Of a stretch of DNA of 64,000 nucleotides, positions 47,595-56,578 are shown piece after piece. The translations under genes were made by a program, and so were the position numbers. The stretch comes from an uncultured delta proteobacterium (GTDB taxonomy: Bacteria > Myxococcota_A > Polyangia > Polyangiales > Polyangiaceae): positions 4,896,001-4,960,000 of the forward strand of contig CAWAIF010000003.1 in the NCBI GenBank assembly GCA_963782055.1, given 5' to 3'. The notes below the pieces were generated by a model. It was not told where the DNA came from. It saw nothing but the letters and a program-made list of their open reading frames with translations, and made no database searches. How positions within the stretch are numbered: position 1 is the stretch's first letter; every line of letters starts with the position of its first letter.

Positions 47595-47863
47595 AACCGC
47601 CTCCTCGAATTCGCGGCGCGTGCGCCGCAAGCGTCCCGCCGAAACCGCTAGGCAGTTTTCAGCGACCCAACATTTCGCGGGTAAAAAAGAAAGCCCGCGA
47701 CCTCCAACCTTGCCGAACGGGCAAACCCACCGGACACACCAGGGTGGGACCGGAACGGACGCGGGAGTATACGGAGAGAGCCTACCTCGTCAACGGGAAC
47801 GTGATGTCTTCGTGACGCATTTCTCTCTCGACGGAAAACTCCGCCGAGCGCGCCAGGCGCCGA

Positions 47864-48448
47864 TCACGGGTCAGGCGGGGCCGCGGCGGTGGCCTCGCCG
47901 CGAGGGAAGCCCAGGGCGGCGGCGATGACCAGGTACCCCACGAGGAGCAGCGACTCCGTCTTGCCGCACGTCTCCGACCAGCCGTGGTAGCGGTTCAGGG
48001 CCTCGCCCAGCGGCCCCAGCCCGCGGATGGCGCCAGCGAGGTGGAGCGCCGCGATGTGCGGGGAGAGCCAGGCGCCCTGCACGACCGCGAGCAGCGCGGC
48101 GGCGGACCCGACGAGCAGGCGCGCCGTGCCCGCGCGACTGGCGGCGACTCCCTGGCGGTGCTCGAGCCAGCGGCGCGCCACCTCGGCGAGGGCGACGACG
48201 GCGGCGGCGCTCATCGCGAGCTTGTCGAAGCGCAGGAAGACGAGCGTCATGGCGTCCGCGCTGGAGGGCGCGGGCACCTCGTGGAAGACGGTGGGCGCGA
48301 CAATCGCCCCCAGCACCACCAGGCCGCCCAGCCAGAGCGCGGCCGCGAGGGTGGCGACCGCGGCGGCGACGCGCGCCCCCCGCGGCGACCCCGCGGTCGC
48401 GGCGGGCGCGGGGGTGGCCTGCTCCGACTCCGACGTGGCGCCGGTCAT
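47864..48448 (-). CDS. DUF4149-like membrane protein
   Basis: LWLGG..LGAIVAPTVF..FLRFD and YHGWSE patterns, four TM helices. Confidence 0.75.
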   Translation of the reverse strand: MTGATSESEQATPAPAATAGSPRGARVAAAVATLAAALWLGGLVVLGAIVAPTVFHEVPAPSSADAMTLVFLRFDKLAMSAAAVVALAEVARRWLEHRQGVAASRAGTARLLVGSAAALLAVVQGAWLSPHIAALHLAGAIRGLGPLGEALNRYHGWSETCGKTESLLLVGYLVIAAALGFPRGEATAAAPPDP

Positions 48449-49425
48449 CAGAGCACCATCCGGGTGCCGTGCTCCGGCGAGCGGGTGCCGATCTCCAGCG
48501 CCGCGCGGCGGGAGTGGGCCGTCATGGGGGCGCGACCGCGCAGGCGCACCTCCAGCCGGGCGGAGGCGAGCTTGCTGTTCAGGCAGTAGGTCATGGCGCC
48601 GCTGGGGTTCTCGTAGTGGAGGCCGACCATGTCCTCGGTGGTGGACCAGAGCTCGCCGGCGATCTCGACGGTGGGGCCGGCGCCGTGGAACTTCCAGTGG
48701 CGGAATGTCATCTCGCCGCGGCTGCGCACCACCTCCGCCGGGGCGGTGAGCTCGTAGCGCACGCCGCGGTGGCGCAGCGCGAGCAGGGTGATCGTCGGCG
48801 CGCGGCGGGTGATGCGCCCGCTGAGGCCCTCGAAGATCAGGTCCTCCGCGTCCTCCCAGGCGTTGCAGTGGCCCCACGCGTAGGCGTGGCCGTGGCCCCG
48901 GCCCCAGTTGTGGCCAAGCATGCCGGGCCAGGCGTCGAGCTCCCACCGCTCGCCAGCGACGTCCACCGTGCCGGACGCGCGCAGGTCGGGCACCGGGGAG
49001 CAGACCTTGGAGCTGGGCACGCGCGAGGTGTACAGGCGCTCGGCGCCGAGGAGCAGCAGCGGCGCGGCCTCCTCCTCCAGCTTCACGTCGAAGGCGATGC
49101 GGTTGCCGTCCGGGCCGCCGGCCACGTCGCCGCGCACGGCGTCGCGCGTCATGGTGAGGCAGGGCAGCGCGACGTCCAGCGCGTCGCGGGAGAAGCGTGC
49201 ATCCTGCACGGAGAAGCTCTGCTTGGCGGCGACGTGGCCGGTGCGGCGGTCGAAGGCGATGGCCCACGCCTGCGCGACGGCCGCGCCGCTGCGCCACGCC
49301 AGGATCGTCCCCTTGATCCAGACGGCGCGGTGGCCCTCGTGGTCGTTGGCCTTGAAGAACCAGCTCTCCACGTGGTTGCGCGTGGGGAGCGACGGGTCGT
49401 AGGCCGCGCCGGCGAAGTCGCGCAC
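48448..49425 (-). CDS. Tocopherol-cyclase/CrtC-like hypothetical protein
   Basis: HVESWFFKAN, GMLGHNWG..YAWGHC and LHYENPSG..CLNSK motifs. Confidence 0.65.
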   Translation of the reverse strand: MRDFAGAAYDPSLPTRNHVESWFFKANDHEGHRAVWIKGTILAWRSGAAVAQAWAIAFDRRTGHVAAKQSFSVQDARFSRDALDVALPCLTMTRDAVRGDVAGGPDGNRIAFDVKLEEEAAPLLLLGAERLYTSRVPSSKVCSPVPDLRASGTVDVAGERWELDAWPGMLGHNWGRGHGHAYAWGHCNAWEDAEDLIFEGLSGRITRRAPTITLLALRHRGVRYELTAPAEVVRSRGEMTFRHWKFHGAGPTVEIAGELWSTTEDMVGLHYENPSGAMTYCLNSKLASARLEVRLRGRAPMTAHSRRAALEIGTRSPEHGTRMVL

Positions 49426-50445
49426 TCAGCCCTCCCGCACGGTGGCGCCCGCGAGATCGCGCAGCGCCGCCTCCCGCAGGGCGGGGCTCACCTCGTCCTC
49501 GCCGAGGCGCTCGATGCGCTCGCGCGCGACCTCCAGCCCGGCGCGCCCGGCGGCGATGACGGCGGCCTCCCGCCTGGTCTTGTCGCGAGAGCCGAGGTCG
49601 CGGGTGATGCGCCGGATGGCGCGGGCGTCGCCCAGCCGGGCGAGGGCGATCACCGCGGAGAAGCTCGCCGTGTCCCTCATGTAGCGCAGCAGCCCGAAGG
49701 CGCGACGCTCCAGCGCGGGGACGGCCTCGCGAAGGCCGATCTGCCCGGCGAGCTCCACCGCCTCGCGCTCGTCCTCCGGCTGCGCGGGCACGCGCGACTC
49801 CACGATGCCCAGCACCAGCGGGTGCCCGCGCGAGTCGCCGCACTTGGCGAGGTAGATGGCGGCGGCGATAGCCACGTCCGGCGCGTCGTCGTCCAGCAGC
49901 ACGGCGGCGCGCGTGACGAGGCGCGCGGGCGGCGGGTCGGAGGCGTGCTCCTCCGCCAGGCGGAGGGCGATGTAGCGCACGTTGAAGTCGTCGTCGTTGG
50001 TGGCGGCGAGCAGGGACTTGGCCACCGGCTCGGGGTGGGCGGCGAGTCGCACGTGCGCGATGACAGCCTGATAGCGCATCTCCGGGCGGCGATCGCGCAA
50101 TGCCTTCTCCACGCGCGGCAGCGCCTTGACGTCGCCGATCTCCCCCAGCGCGAGCAGGACCATCTGCCGGACGTGGTCGTCGTCGTCCTCCACGCGGTCG
50201 AGCAGCGCGTCCACCGCCTCCGCCGCCTCCAGGTCGGCGAGGGCCACCGCGGCGGCGGAGCGGGCCGGCGGCGCGTCGTCCTCCAGCGCCTTGATCAGCA
50301 GCGCGACGGCCTCGTCGCGGGTCGTCTCGTCGCGCCCGTGACGGACGAGGTCGCGCGCGGCCGAGGCCCGCACGTCCATCTTGGCCGACGAGAGGTCGCG
50401 GACGCACGCCGCGAAGGTGCGCGGGAGGGGCGACGGGAGCCACAT
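49426..50445 (-). CDS. HEAT-repeat protein
   Basis: Repeated L.D....VR..A..AL..IG. ATG at 50445. Confidence 0.85.
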   Translation of the reverse strand: MWLPSPLPRTFAACVRDLSSAKMDVRASAARDLVRHGRDETTRDEAVALLIKALEDDAPPARSAAAVALADLEAAEAVDALLDRVEDDDDHVRQMVLLALGEIGDVKALPRVEKALRDRRPEMRYQAVIAHVRLAAHPEPVAKSLLAATNDDDFNVRYIALRLAEEHASDPPPARLVTRAAVLLDDDAPDVAIAAAIYLAKCGDSRGHPLVLGIVESRVPAQPEDEREAVELAGQIGLREAVPALERRAFGLLRYMRDTASFSAVIALARLGDARAIRRITRDLGSRDKTRREAAVIAAGRAGLEVARERIERLGEDEVSPALREAALRDLAGATVREG

Positions 50446-50495
50446 GCGCAAGGGGGTAGCAGGTTGGTGGGGGCGGCGCGAGTCGGAGCGTGGGC

Positions 50496-51281
50496 CTACT
50501 TCGCCCCCTGCGGCTCCGCCGCCCGGCCGGCCAGCAGGAGCGACGCGCTGGTGACCGCCACCGCGATCGACCCGACCGCCAGCACGTGCGGCGCCCGCAG
50601 CATGCACGCCACCCCCTGGTCGAGCACGCTGCCCAGCGAGACGCCCCCGCGCGGCCCCAGCCCCACGAACGCCAGGGCCGCCTCGCTCACCACGATCGCC
50701 GCGGCGGTCGAGCCGAACTGCACGGCCATCATCCCCTGCAGGTTGGGCAGCAGGTGCCGCCACACCACCCGCGCGCGCCCCAGCCCCAGGGCGAACGCCG
50801 CCTCGACGAAGCCTGCGCTGCGCAGCACCCGCGCCTCCGCCAGCGCCAGCCGCGCGAAGGGGGCCCACGCGGTGAGGGCGAAGACCACGCCGATGTGCCA
50901 GCGGCTGGGCGTGCGCACCGCCGAGAGGACAGCGAGGGCGAGCAGGAAGGACGGGAAGGACTGCACCAGATCGCACGCGCGCTCCACGAAGCGCTCGAAG
51001 CGGCCGCGGAGCAGCGCGGCGCCCGCCCCCAGCGGCGCGCCGATGGCAAGCCCCACCACGCCGACCGCCACCGCCAGGACGATCCCGCGCAGCGCCGCGC
51101 TGGCCACCAGGGAGAGCAGGTCCACCCCCGCCTCCCCGCACCCCAGCAGGTGCACGGCGGAGGGCGCCTGGTACGTCATGCGTGGGTCCAGGCGCTCCGG
51201 GCCGAAGGGGGTGAGCCACGCGACGGCGGCGGCGAGGCCGACCAGCGCCGCGAGCGGGGCGAGCAGCGCGCGACGGCTCAT
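50496..51281 (-). CDS. Peptide/nickel ABC permease (OppC/DppC-like)
   Basis: HLLGCGEAGVD, EAA loop FVEAAFALG, HLLPN and EAALAFVGLG. Confidence 0.9.
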   Translation of the reverse strand: MSRRALLAPLAALVGLAAAVAWLTPFGPERLDPRMTYQAPSAVHLLGCGEAGVDLLSLVASAALRGIVLAVAVGVVGLAIGAPLGAGAALLRGRFERFVERACDLVQSFPSFLLALAVLSAVRTPSRWHIGVVFALTAWAPFARLALAEARVLRSAGFVEAAFALGLGRARVVWRHLLPNLQGMMAVQFGSTAAAIVVSEAALAFVGLGPRGGVSLGSVLDQGVACMLRAPHVLAVGSIAVAVTSASLLLAGRAAEPQGAK

Positions 51282-52267
51282 CGGCGCACCCGCGGGTCCA
51301 GGGCCGCGTGCAGCGCGGCCGCGCTGGCCTGCACGGCCACGAACAGCGCCCCCGCCGCGATGACCGCCGCCTCCAGCACGGGGAAGTCGCGCGAGGCGTA
51401 GGCCTCCAGGATGAGGGTGCCCAGGCCGGGTCGCTCGAAGAGGCGCTCGAGCACCACCGCACCGCCGAGCAGCGCGCCGAGCTGGGAGGCGACCACCGTC
51501 AGGATGGGACCGAGCGACGCCGGCAGCGCGTGCAGGACCCACACGCGCGGCGCGCTCGCCCCCTTCGCGCGGGCCACGGAGAGGAACTGCCCGCGCGCCG
51601 TCTCGCCCAGCGCGACGCGACCGACGCGCGCCACCTGGGCGCCCAGCGGCAGGCCGAGCAGCGAGGAGGCGAACAGCAGCCCGGCGAAGCCGGCGTCAGG
51701 GTCCCCGGGCAACGGGACCATGCGCCAGCGCGCCGCGAGCAGGTAGGTGAGCAGCGGCGCGAAGGAGAGCAGCGGCGTGGCCGCCACCGCGTCGACCGCG
51801 CGCGCCGCCCACACGCGGCGGCGGCCGAGCCACGGACCCACCGCCAGCAGCGCCGCCGCCACGCCCAGCAGCGCGCCCAGGACCACCGCGAGGCCGGCGA
51901 GCGCGGACGTGGGCCCGAGCGCCGACTCCACCAGCGACGCGGCGGTCACGCCCGGGTGGCGCAGCGACTCGCCGAAGTCGAGCGTGAAGAGCCCCCGCAA
52001 GAAACGTGCATACTGCACGTGAAGAGACGCGTCGAGCCCGAGCCGCGCGCGCAGCGCGGCGACCTCCGCGCCGGTGGCCTGGTCGCCGAGCAGCAGGCGC
52101 GCGGGATCGCCCGGGAGCAGGCGCAGCGCCAGAAAGACGAGGGTGGCCATGGCCACCAGCACCGCCAGGGCCTCCACCCCGCGCTCCACGAAGGCGCGCA
52201 GGAGCGACGCCGCCGCGAGCCATCGCCGGCCGCGCGGAGGAGCGAGCGCCTCGGGCCCCGCCGCCAC
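51278..52267 (-). CDS. Peptide/nickel ABC permease (OppB/DppB-like)
   Basis: LPGDPA, LGLD..QY, DFGES, ARAKG and ERLFERPGLG..RDFP. Confidence 0.9.
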   Translation of the reverse strand: MAAGPEALAPPRGRRWLAAASLLRAFVERGVEALAVLVAMATLVFLALRLLPGDPARLLLGDQATGAEVAALRARLGLDASLHVQYARFLRGLFTLDFGESLRHPGVTAASLVESALGPTSALAGLAVVLGALLGVAAALLAVGPWLGRRRVWAARAVDAVAATPLLSFAPLLTYLLAARWRMVPLPGDPDAGFAGLLFASSLLGLPLGAQVARVGRVALGETARGQFLSVARAKGASAPRVWVLHALPASLGPILTVVASQLGALLGGAVVLERLFERPGLGTLILEAYASRDFPVLEAAVIAAGALFVAVQASAAALHAALDPRVRR

Positions 52268-52272
52268 GGTAA

Positions 52273-52899
52273 TCAGTCCAGCGCGGCGTCGGAGGAGGCG
52301 TCGGAGGAGGCGTCGGCTCCCGCGTCGCCAGCGTCGCCGGCTCCCGCGTCACCGGCGTCACCGGCGTCACCGGCGGAGGCGTCGGGCTGCGCGGGCGAGG
52401 CCGCGTCGATGTCGGGCACGGCGGGACCGCTCGGGCCGCAGACCGGCGCGGTGGAGGCGTCGGGGACGCTCGCGGCCGAGCTGGCGCGGACCATGCACAC
52501 CCTGGTCGCCCTGTCGGCGAGGACGCGCGCGCCGTACTCCGGCGCGCCCGGGTCGACGCAGGCGTACCCGGCGCGGCAGTCGCCGTCGGAAGCGCACGAC
52601 GCGAGGCACAGCGTGCGCGAGCTCCGCGAGGGGGAATGGCGGTCGTCGTAGGCGCAGCCCGGGATCGCGGCGTTGATCTGCACGCAGACGGCGTCGCCAG
52701 GGCAGCTGTCGCCCGCGCAGTTGAAGATGGTGCAGTAGCCGTTGGGCTGGGAGGTGTCGCAGAGGCGATCCCCCTGCGTCGAGCAGTCGGTCGACAGGGT
52801 GCACTGGTCCCCGATGGAGGGCTGGCAGCCCAGGACCGCCAGCAAGGCGACAGGCAGCAAGCTGAGCCAGGGGATGCCGCGAGGACCGGACAGGCGCAT
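52273..52899 (-). CDS. Cys-rich lipoprotein with a DAG-repeat tail
   Basis: VLGCQPSIGDQC..DC..R.CD..P.GYCT; tail GDAGDAGDAG..DASSDASS. Confidence 0.85.
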   Translation of the reverse strand: MRLSGPRGIPWLSLLPVALLAVLGCQPSIGDQCTLSTDCSTQGDRLCDTSQPNGYCTIFNCAGDSCPGDAVCVQINAAIPGCAYDDRHSPSRSSRTLCLASCASDGDCRAGYACVDPGAPEYGARVLADRATRVCMVRASSAASVPDASTAPVCGPSGPAVPDIDAASPAQPDASAGDAGDAGDAGAGDAGDAGADASSDASSDAALD

Positions 52900-53069
52900 G
52901 GAGACCGCGGGGTCTTCGTAGCCGCACCGGGCCCCGGATTCCACCCCGATGTTCGGCGGGACGCCGTCGACCCGCAGCATTTGACAAGCCGCGCGCTCCT
53001 TCCTACGTTCCCGCCGCCCCGGGGCGCGCGTGTGCGGCCGCGCCGGACCCAACGCAGGCAGCATCATCC

Positions 53070-53375
53070 ATGACGACCTACATCACTTCCGATTGCATCA
53101 ACTGCGGCGCGTGCGAGCCCGAGTGCCCGAACGAGGCCATCAGCGAGGGCGACGAGATCTACATCATCGATCCCGAGCTCTGCACCGAGTGCGTCGGCTT
53201 CTACGATCACGAGGCGTGTCAGGCCGTGTGTCCGGTGGAGTGCTGCATCCCGGACCCGAACCATCGCGAAGACGAGAAGGACCTGATCGCGCGCGCGCTC
53301 CGCCTCCACCCGGACGACAGCGAGCTGGTGACACGCGCCTCCGAGAACGACTACCCCTCGCGCTTCCGCAAGTGA
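53070..53375 (+). CDS. YfhL-family 2x[4Fe-4S] ferredoxin
   Basis: CINCGACEPECP and CTECVGF..CQAVCPVEC. Confidence 0.95.
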   Translation: MTTYITSDCINCGACEPECPNEAISEGDEIYIIDPELCTECVGFYDHEACQAVCPVECCIPDPNHREDEKDLIARALRLHPDDSELVTRASENDYPSRFRK

Positions 53376-53448
53376 AGGGCGTCCAGAACTGCGTTCTGGA
53401 TCGCTCTTCAGCCGCGACGGAGTCGCGCCCGCGTGGGGTGGGGGCCCG

Positions 53449-54252
53449 ATGAGCTCGCTTCATCGGGGCGGGGCGGCGCGCGCCGCCCTGGTGGCCCCCT
53501 TGCTGCTCGCCGGCTGCGCGGGCGGCGCGCCGCTGCTTCATCCGGCGCAGGCGCTCGCCAGCGGGGAGGTGCGCGCGATGGGGGGGCTCGCCGGGCAGAC
53601 GGCGATCGGCGGCGTCGCCGACAGCCTGCGCGACGCGACGAACGAGGCCGCGCAGAGCAACGGCGTCGTGCCGACCGACGCGACCTACGCCGAGGGCGCG
53701 CTCGTGGCGGCGGCCGTCGCGCCCGGGATCTCGCCGGTCGTGGGCGCGCGCGTCGGCGTGGGCTCGCGCGTCGAGGGCGGCGTCGTCTACACCGGCCGGG
53801 GGGTGCGCGTGGACATGCGCAAGGCGTTCGGCTCCGGGTCGGTGGCGGTGTCGGTCGGCGCCGGCCTGGACGCCACCTTCGCCGGCCGCACCGGCGAGCC
53901 GCTCGCCGGCGTGAGCGACGAGAACCTCTACGGCTTCGGCGCCAACGTTCCGGTCGTGGTCGGCTGGGAGTCGACGGGCGGGCTCTACTACGTGTGGGCG
54001 GGCGCGCGCGGCGGCTACGAGCACGACACCGTCCAGCCACGCGCGAGCGAGACGCCCTCCGGTCAGGTGCTCTCCGCGGACCGCTTCTGGGTCGGGGGGC
54101 TGGCGGGCGTCGCCGTGGGCTTCCGGCACATCCACGTGGCCCTGGAGATGGACGCGGCGTACGTGAACCTCTCCGGCTCCTTCCAGGGGACGAGCGCCGG
54201 CGTCGACGGCCTGGTGCTGTCTCCCGGAAGCGCCGTCTGGTGGGATTTCTGA
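53449..54252 (+). CDS. Hypothetical lipoprotein with a beta-barrel-like C-terminus
   Basis: Lipobox LAGC, amphipathic strands, ends VWWDF. Confidence 0.75.
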   Translation: MSSLHRGGAARAALVAPLLLAGCAGGAPLLHPAQALASGEVRAMGGLAGQTAIGGVADSLRDATNEAAQSNGVVPTDATYAEGALVAAAVAPGISPVVGARVGVGSRVEGGVVYTGRGVRVDMRKAFGSGSVAVSVGAGLDATFAGRTGEPLAGVSDENLYGFGANVPVVVGWESTGGLYYVWAGARGGYEHDTVQPRASETPSGQVLSADRFWVGGLAGVAVGFRHIHVALEMDAAYVNLSGSFQGTSAGVDGLVLSPGSAVWWDF

Positions 54253-54255
54253 GCC

Positions 54256-54852
54256 GTGGTGCTCGTGCTCGCCGCCTTCGGCCCGGAGCTCGACGCGCTG
54301 CGCGCGGCGCGGCCGGAGCTGCCGTCGGCGGCGGTGGGCGTGGGGCTGGCGGCGGCGGCGCTCGGCGCCGAAGCGGCGCTGCGCGACGCGGCGGCCGAGG
54401 CCGTCGTGCTCATCGGCACATGCGGCGCCTACGAGGGGTCCGGCCTGCGCGCCGGAGACGTGGTGGTCCCCGCGCGCGTGCACCTGGTCTCCACCGCGGT
54501 GGCGGAGGCGCGCGCCGCGCTCCCTGACGCAGTGACGCGCGCGCTGCCCGCCGACGAGTCGCTGGCCGCCGCGCTCCGCCGGGCCGGAGGCGTCGCGGGC
54601 GACGTCGCCACTACCCTGGCGATCACCACCGACGACGCGCTCGCCGGGCGCGTGCACGTCGCGACGGGGTGCGCGGCGGAGCACCTGGAGGCGTTCGCGG
54701 TCGCCCTGGCGTGCAAGCGGCGCGGCGTTGCCTTCGCCGCCGCCCTCGGGGTCGCCAACGCGGTGGGGAGCCGCGGGCGGGCGGAGTGGCACGCGCAGCA
54801 CCTGCAGGCCTCGGCCGCGGCCGCCCGCGTGGTGGTGGCGGCGCTCCGCTGA
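54256..54852 (+). CDS. Nucleoside phosphorylase/nucleosidase family protein (PNP_UDP_1; MTAN/MqnB-like)
   Basis: LAAFGPE, VGVG, LIGTCGAY..GDVV, EHLEAFAV and GVANAVG motifs. Confidence 0.8.
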   Translation: MVLVLAAFGPELDALRAARPELPSAAVGVGLAAAALGAEAALRDAAAEAVVLIGTCGAYEGSGLRAGDVVVPARVHLVSTAVAEARAALPDAVTRALPADESLAAALRRAGGVAGDVATTLAITTDDALAGRVHVATGCAAEHLEAFAVALACKRRGVAFAAALGVANAVGSRGRAEWHAQHLQASAAAARVVVAALR

Positions 54853-54905
54853 TCCCCAACCGAAGGGTTGCCCCGGAGAGCCGGGGAGACTACCCTTTCA
54901 GGGCG

Positions 54906-55739
54906 ATGCGGCGAATCGCCTTTGGCACGGTACCTTACGTCCTGTGTGCCCTGCCGGTGCTGGCGGGGTGCTCCGCCCAGCTGAGCGCCTCGGCGGACGG
55001 GGCGGACGCCGAGAGCGCCTCAGTGACCGGGGTCGTCATCGTCGAGCGGACGGTCAGCGGGGAGGATGCTCCCCGCAGCGACGTCTCCGCCCGCTTCGTC
55101 CGCGTGCGCGAGGGCGCCGAGGACGAGGCGCTCCGCCTCGTGGGCGCCAACCTGGACCTGCCGGTGCTGGGCACGTGCGCGCCCACCCAGGTCGCCGCCG
55201 AGGCCGCTCCCAAGACGGTGCGCCTCATGGATGTGGGCGCCGTGAGCATCGAGGCGGACGGCCAGACGACGCCGCTGCTCGCCCGCCGCGTCCCCGACGT
55301 CGTCGACCTCATCTCCGGAAGCGTGTACTCTGCACGCACCGACGTGGCGGGGGAGACGGCCATCACCGTCCGCGTCGGCGGCGGCAACGATGTGGCCCCC
55401 TTCGCCGTCTCCGGCGATGCGCCCGACGCCGTCTCCGGCCTGCAGATCTCCGGCCTGGATCCCTCCGGCGAGGTGCCGCTGCCCGCCGCCACGCCGGTGG
55501 ACCTCACCTGGGACGCCGGGACGGACCTCATCTACGTGGACGTCTCCGGCGCAACCGGCATCACGCGCTGCGCCTTCGGCGACGATGGCCACGCCGTGCT
55601 CCCCTCCAGCGTGCTGCAGGACGACCGCGGCACCCTCGTCGTCCACCGCGTCCGCAGCCAGGACGCGCAGGCCGCCGGCCTCGCCGGCGTGGAGCTGCGC
55701 TTCGACTTCGCGCGCGCCGTCGCCTACCGGCGCCTCTGA
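54906..55739 (+). CDS. Hypothetical lipoprotein
   Basis: Lipobox VLAGC; SARF, LMDVG and CAFGDDG motifs. Confidence 0.75.
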   Translation: MRRIAFGTVPYVLCALPVLAGCSAQLSASADGADAESASVTGVVIVERTVSGEDAPRSDVSARFVRVREGAEDEALRLVGANLDLPVLGTCAPTQVAAEAAPKTVRLMDVGAVSIEADGQTTPLLARRVPDVVDLISGSVYSARTDVAGETAITVRVGGGNDVAPFAVSGDAPDAVSGLQISGLDPSGEVPLPAATPVDLTWDAGTDLIYVDVSGATGITRCAFGDDGHAVLPSSVLQDDRGTLVVHRVRSQDAQAAGLAGVELRFDFARAVAYRRL

Positions 55740-55748
55740 CCCTCCACC

Positions 55749-56570
55749 ATGCGCGCGGCACGTCTGGCAGCCCTGGCGCTCGTCTTCTTCGCGTCGTCGT
55801 CGCTCGCGAAGGGCCCGGCGAAGACGCACGCCAAGAAGCGCGTCGCGCCCCGGCACGTCGCGCGCGCGGCAAAGCACTACGGCTCGTACGTGCGCAACTG
55901 GCACACGCCGGACCCCGACCGCGCCCCGCTCACTGACCCGGCAGGCAGGCCGCTCCTGGTGCTCTACGCGATCAACACGCGCGAGCGGGTGACGCTGCAC
56001 CCGCTGGGCGCCGAGGGCGGCTTCTCGGCGGAGGAGCTGGACCGCGCGGCTCACCTGCTGCGCGATCCGCGCGCCGGCAACGAGCACCCGGTGGAGCCGC
56101 GCCTGCTCGACGCGATCTACCGCATCCAGGTGCACTTCCACGCGCAGGAGATCCGCGTCATCTCCGGCTACCGCACGCCGCACGGCGGCCACTCCAACCA
56201 CGGCAAGGGCCGGGCGATGGACGTGGTGGTCCCCGGCACGCACGACGCGGACGTCGCCAGGTTCGCCCGGGGGATGGGCTTCATGGGCGTGGGCCTCTAC
56301 CCGGTGAGCGGCTTCGTGCACGTCGACGTCCGCGACCGCAGCTACTTCTGGGTCGACTACAGCGGCCCGGGGCGCCGCAACCGCGAGCGGGGGATCCTCG
56401 GCAAGGTGGCGGCGGCCGCCGACGAGCGCGCCCGCGCGCGCGGCGAGCGCGGCGTGCCGCCCTTCGGCGTCGCGACCGACGTGGACGAGATCCTGCGCGT
56501 CGCGCGCCCCGCGCCCGCGACGACGACCCCGACAGGCCCGCCGCCGGACGAGGACGAAGACACGCCCTGA
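55749..56570 (+). CDS. DUF882/YcbK (MepK-like, peptidase M15) endopeptidase
   Basis: LLRD.R, VISGYR, SNHGKGRAMD and GVGLYP..FVHVD. Confidence 0.9.
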   Translation: MRAARLAALALVFFASSSLAKGPAKTHAKKRVAPRHVARAAKHYGSYVRNWHTPDPDRAPLTDPAGRPLLVLYAINTRERVTLHPLGAEGGFSAEELDRAAHLLRDPRAGNEHPVEPRLLDAIYRIQVHFHAQEIRVISGYRTPHGGHSNHGKGRAMDVVVPGTHDADVARFARGMGFMGVGLYPVSGFVHVDVRDRSYFWVDYSGPGRRNRERGILGKVAAAADERARARGERGVPPFGVATDVDEILRVARPAPATTTPTGPPPDEDEDTP

Positions 56571-56578
56571 GGAGCGCC

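Noticed and set aside
47627..47640. sigma54 promoter (GGCGG-N5-TTGC, minus strand) upstream of 47594
   Set aside because: The spacing fits but the -24 box is weak. Such matches are frequent by chance at this GC content.
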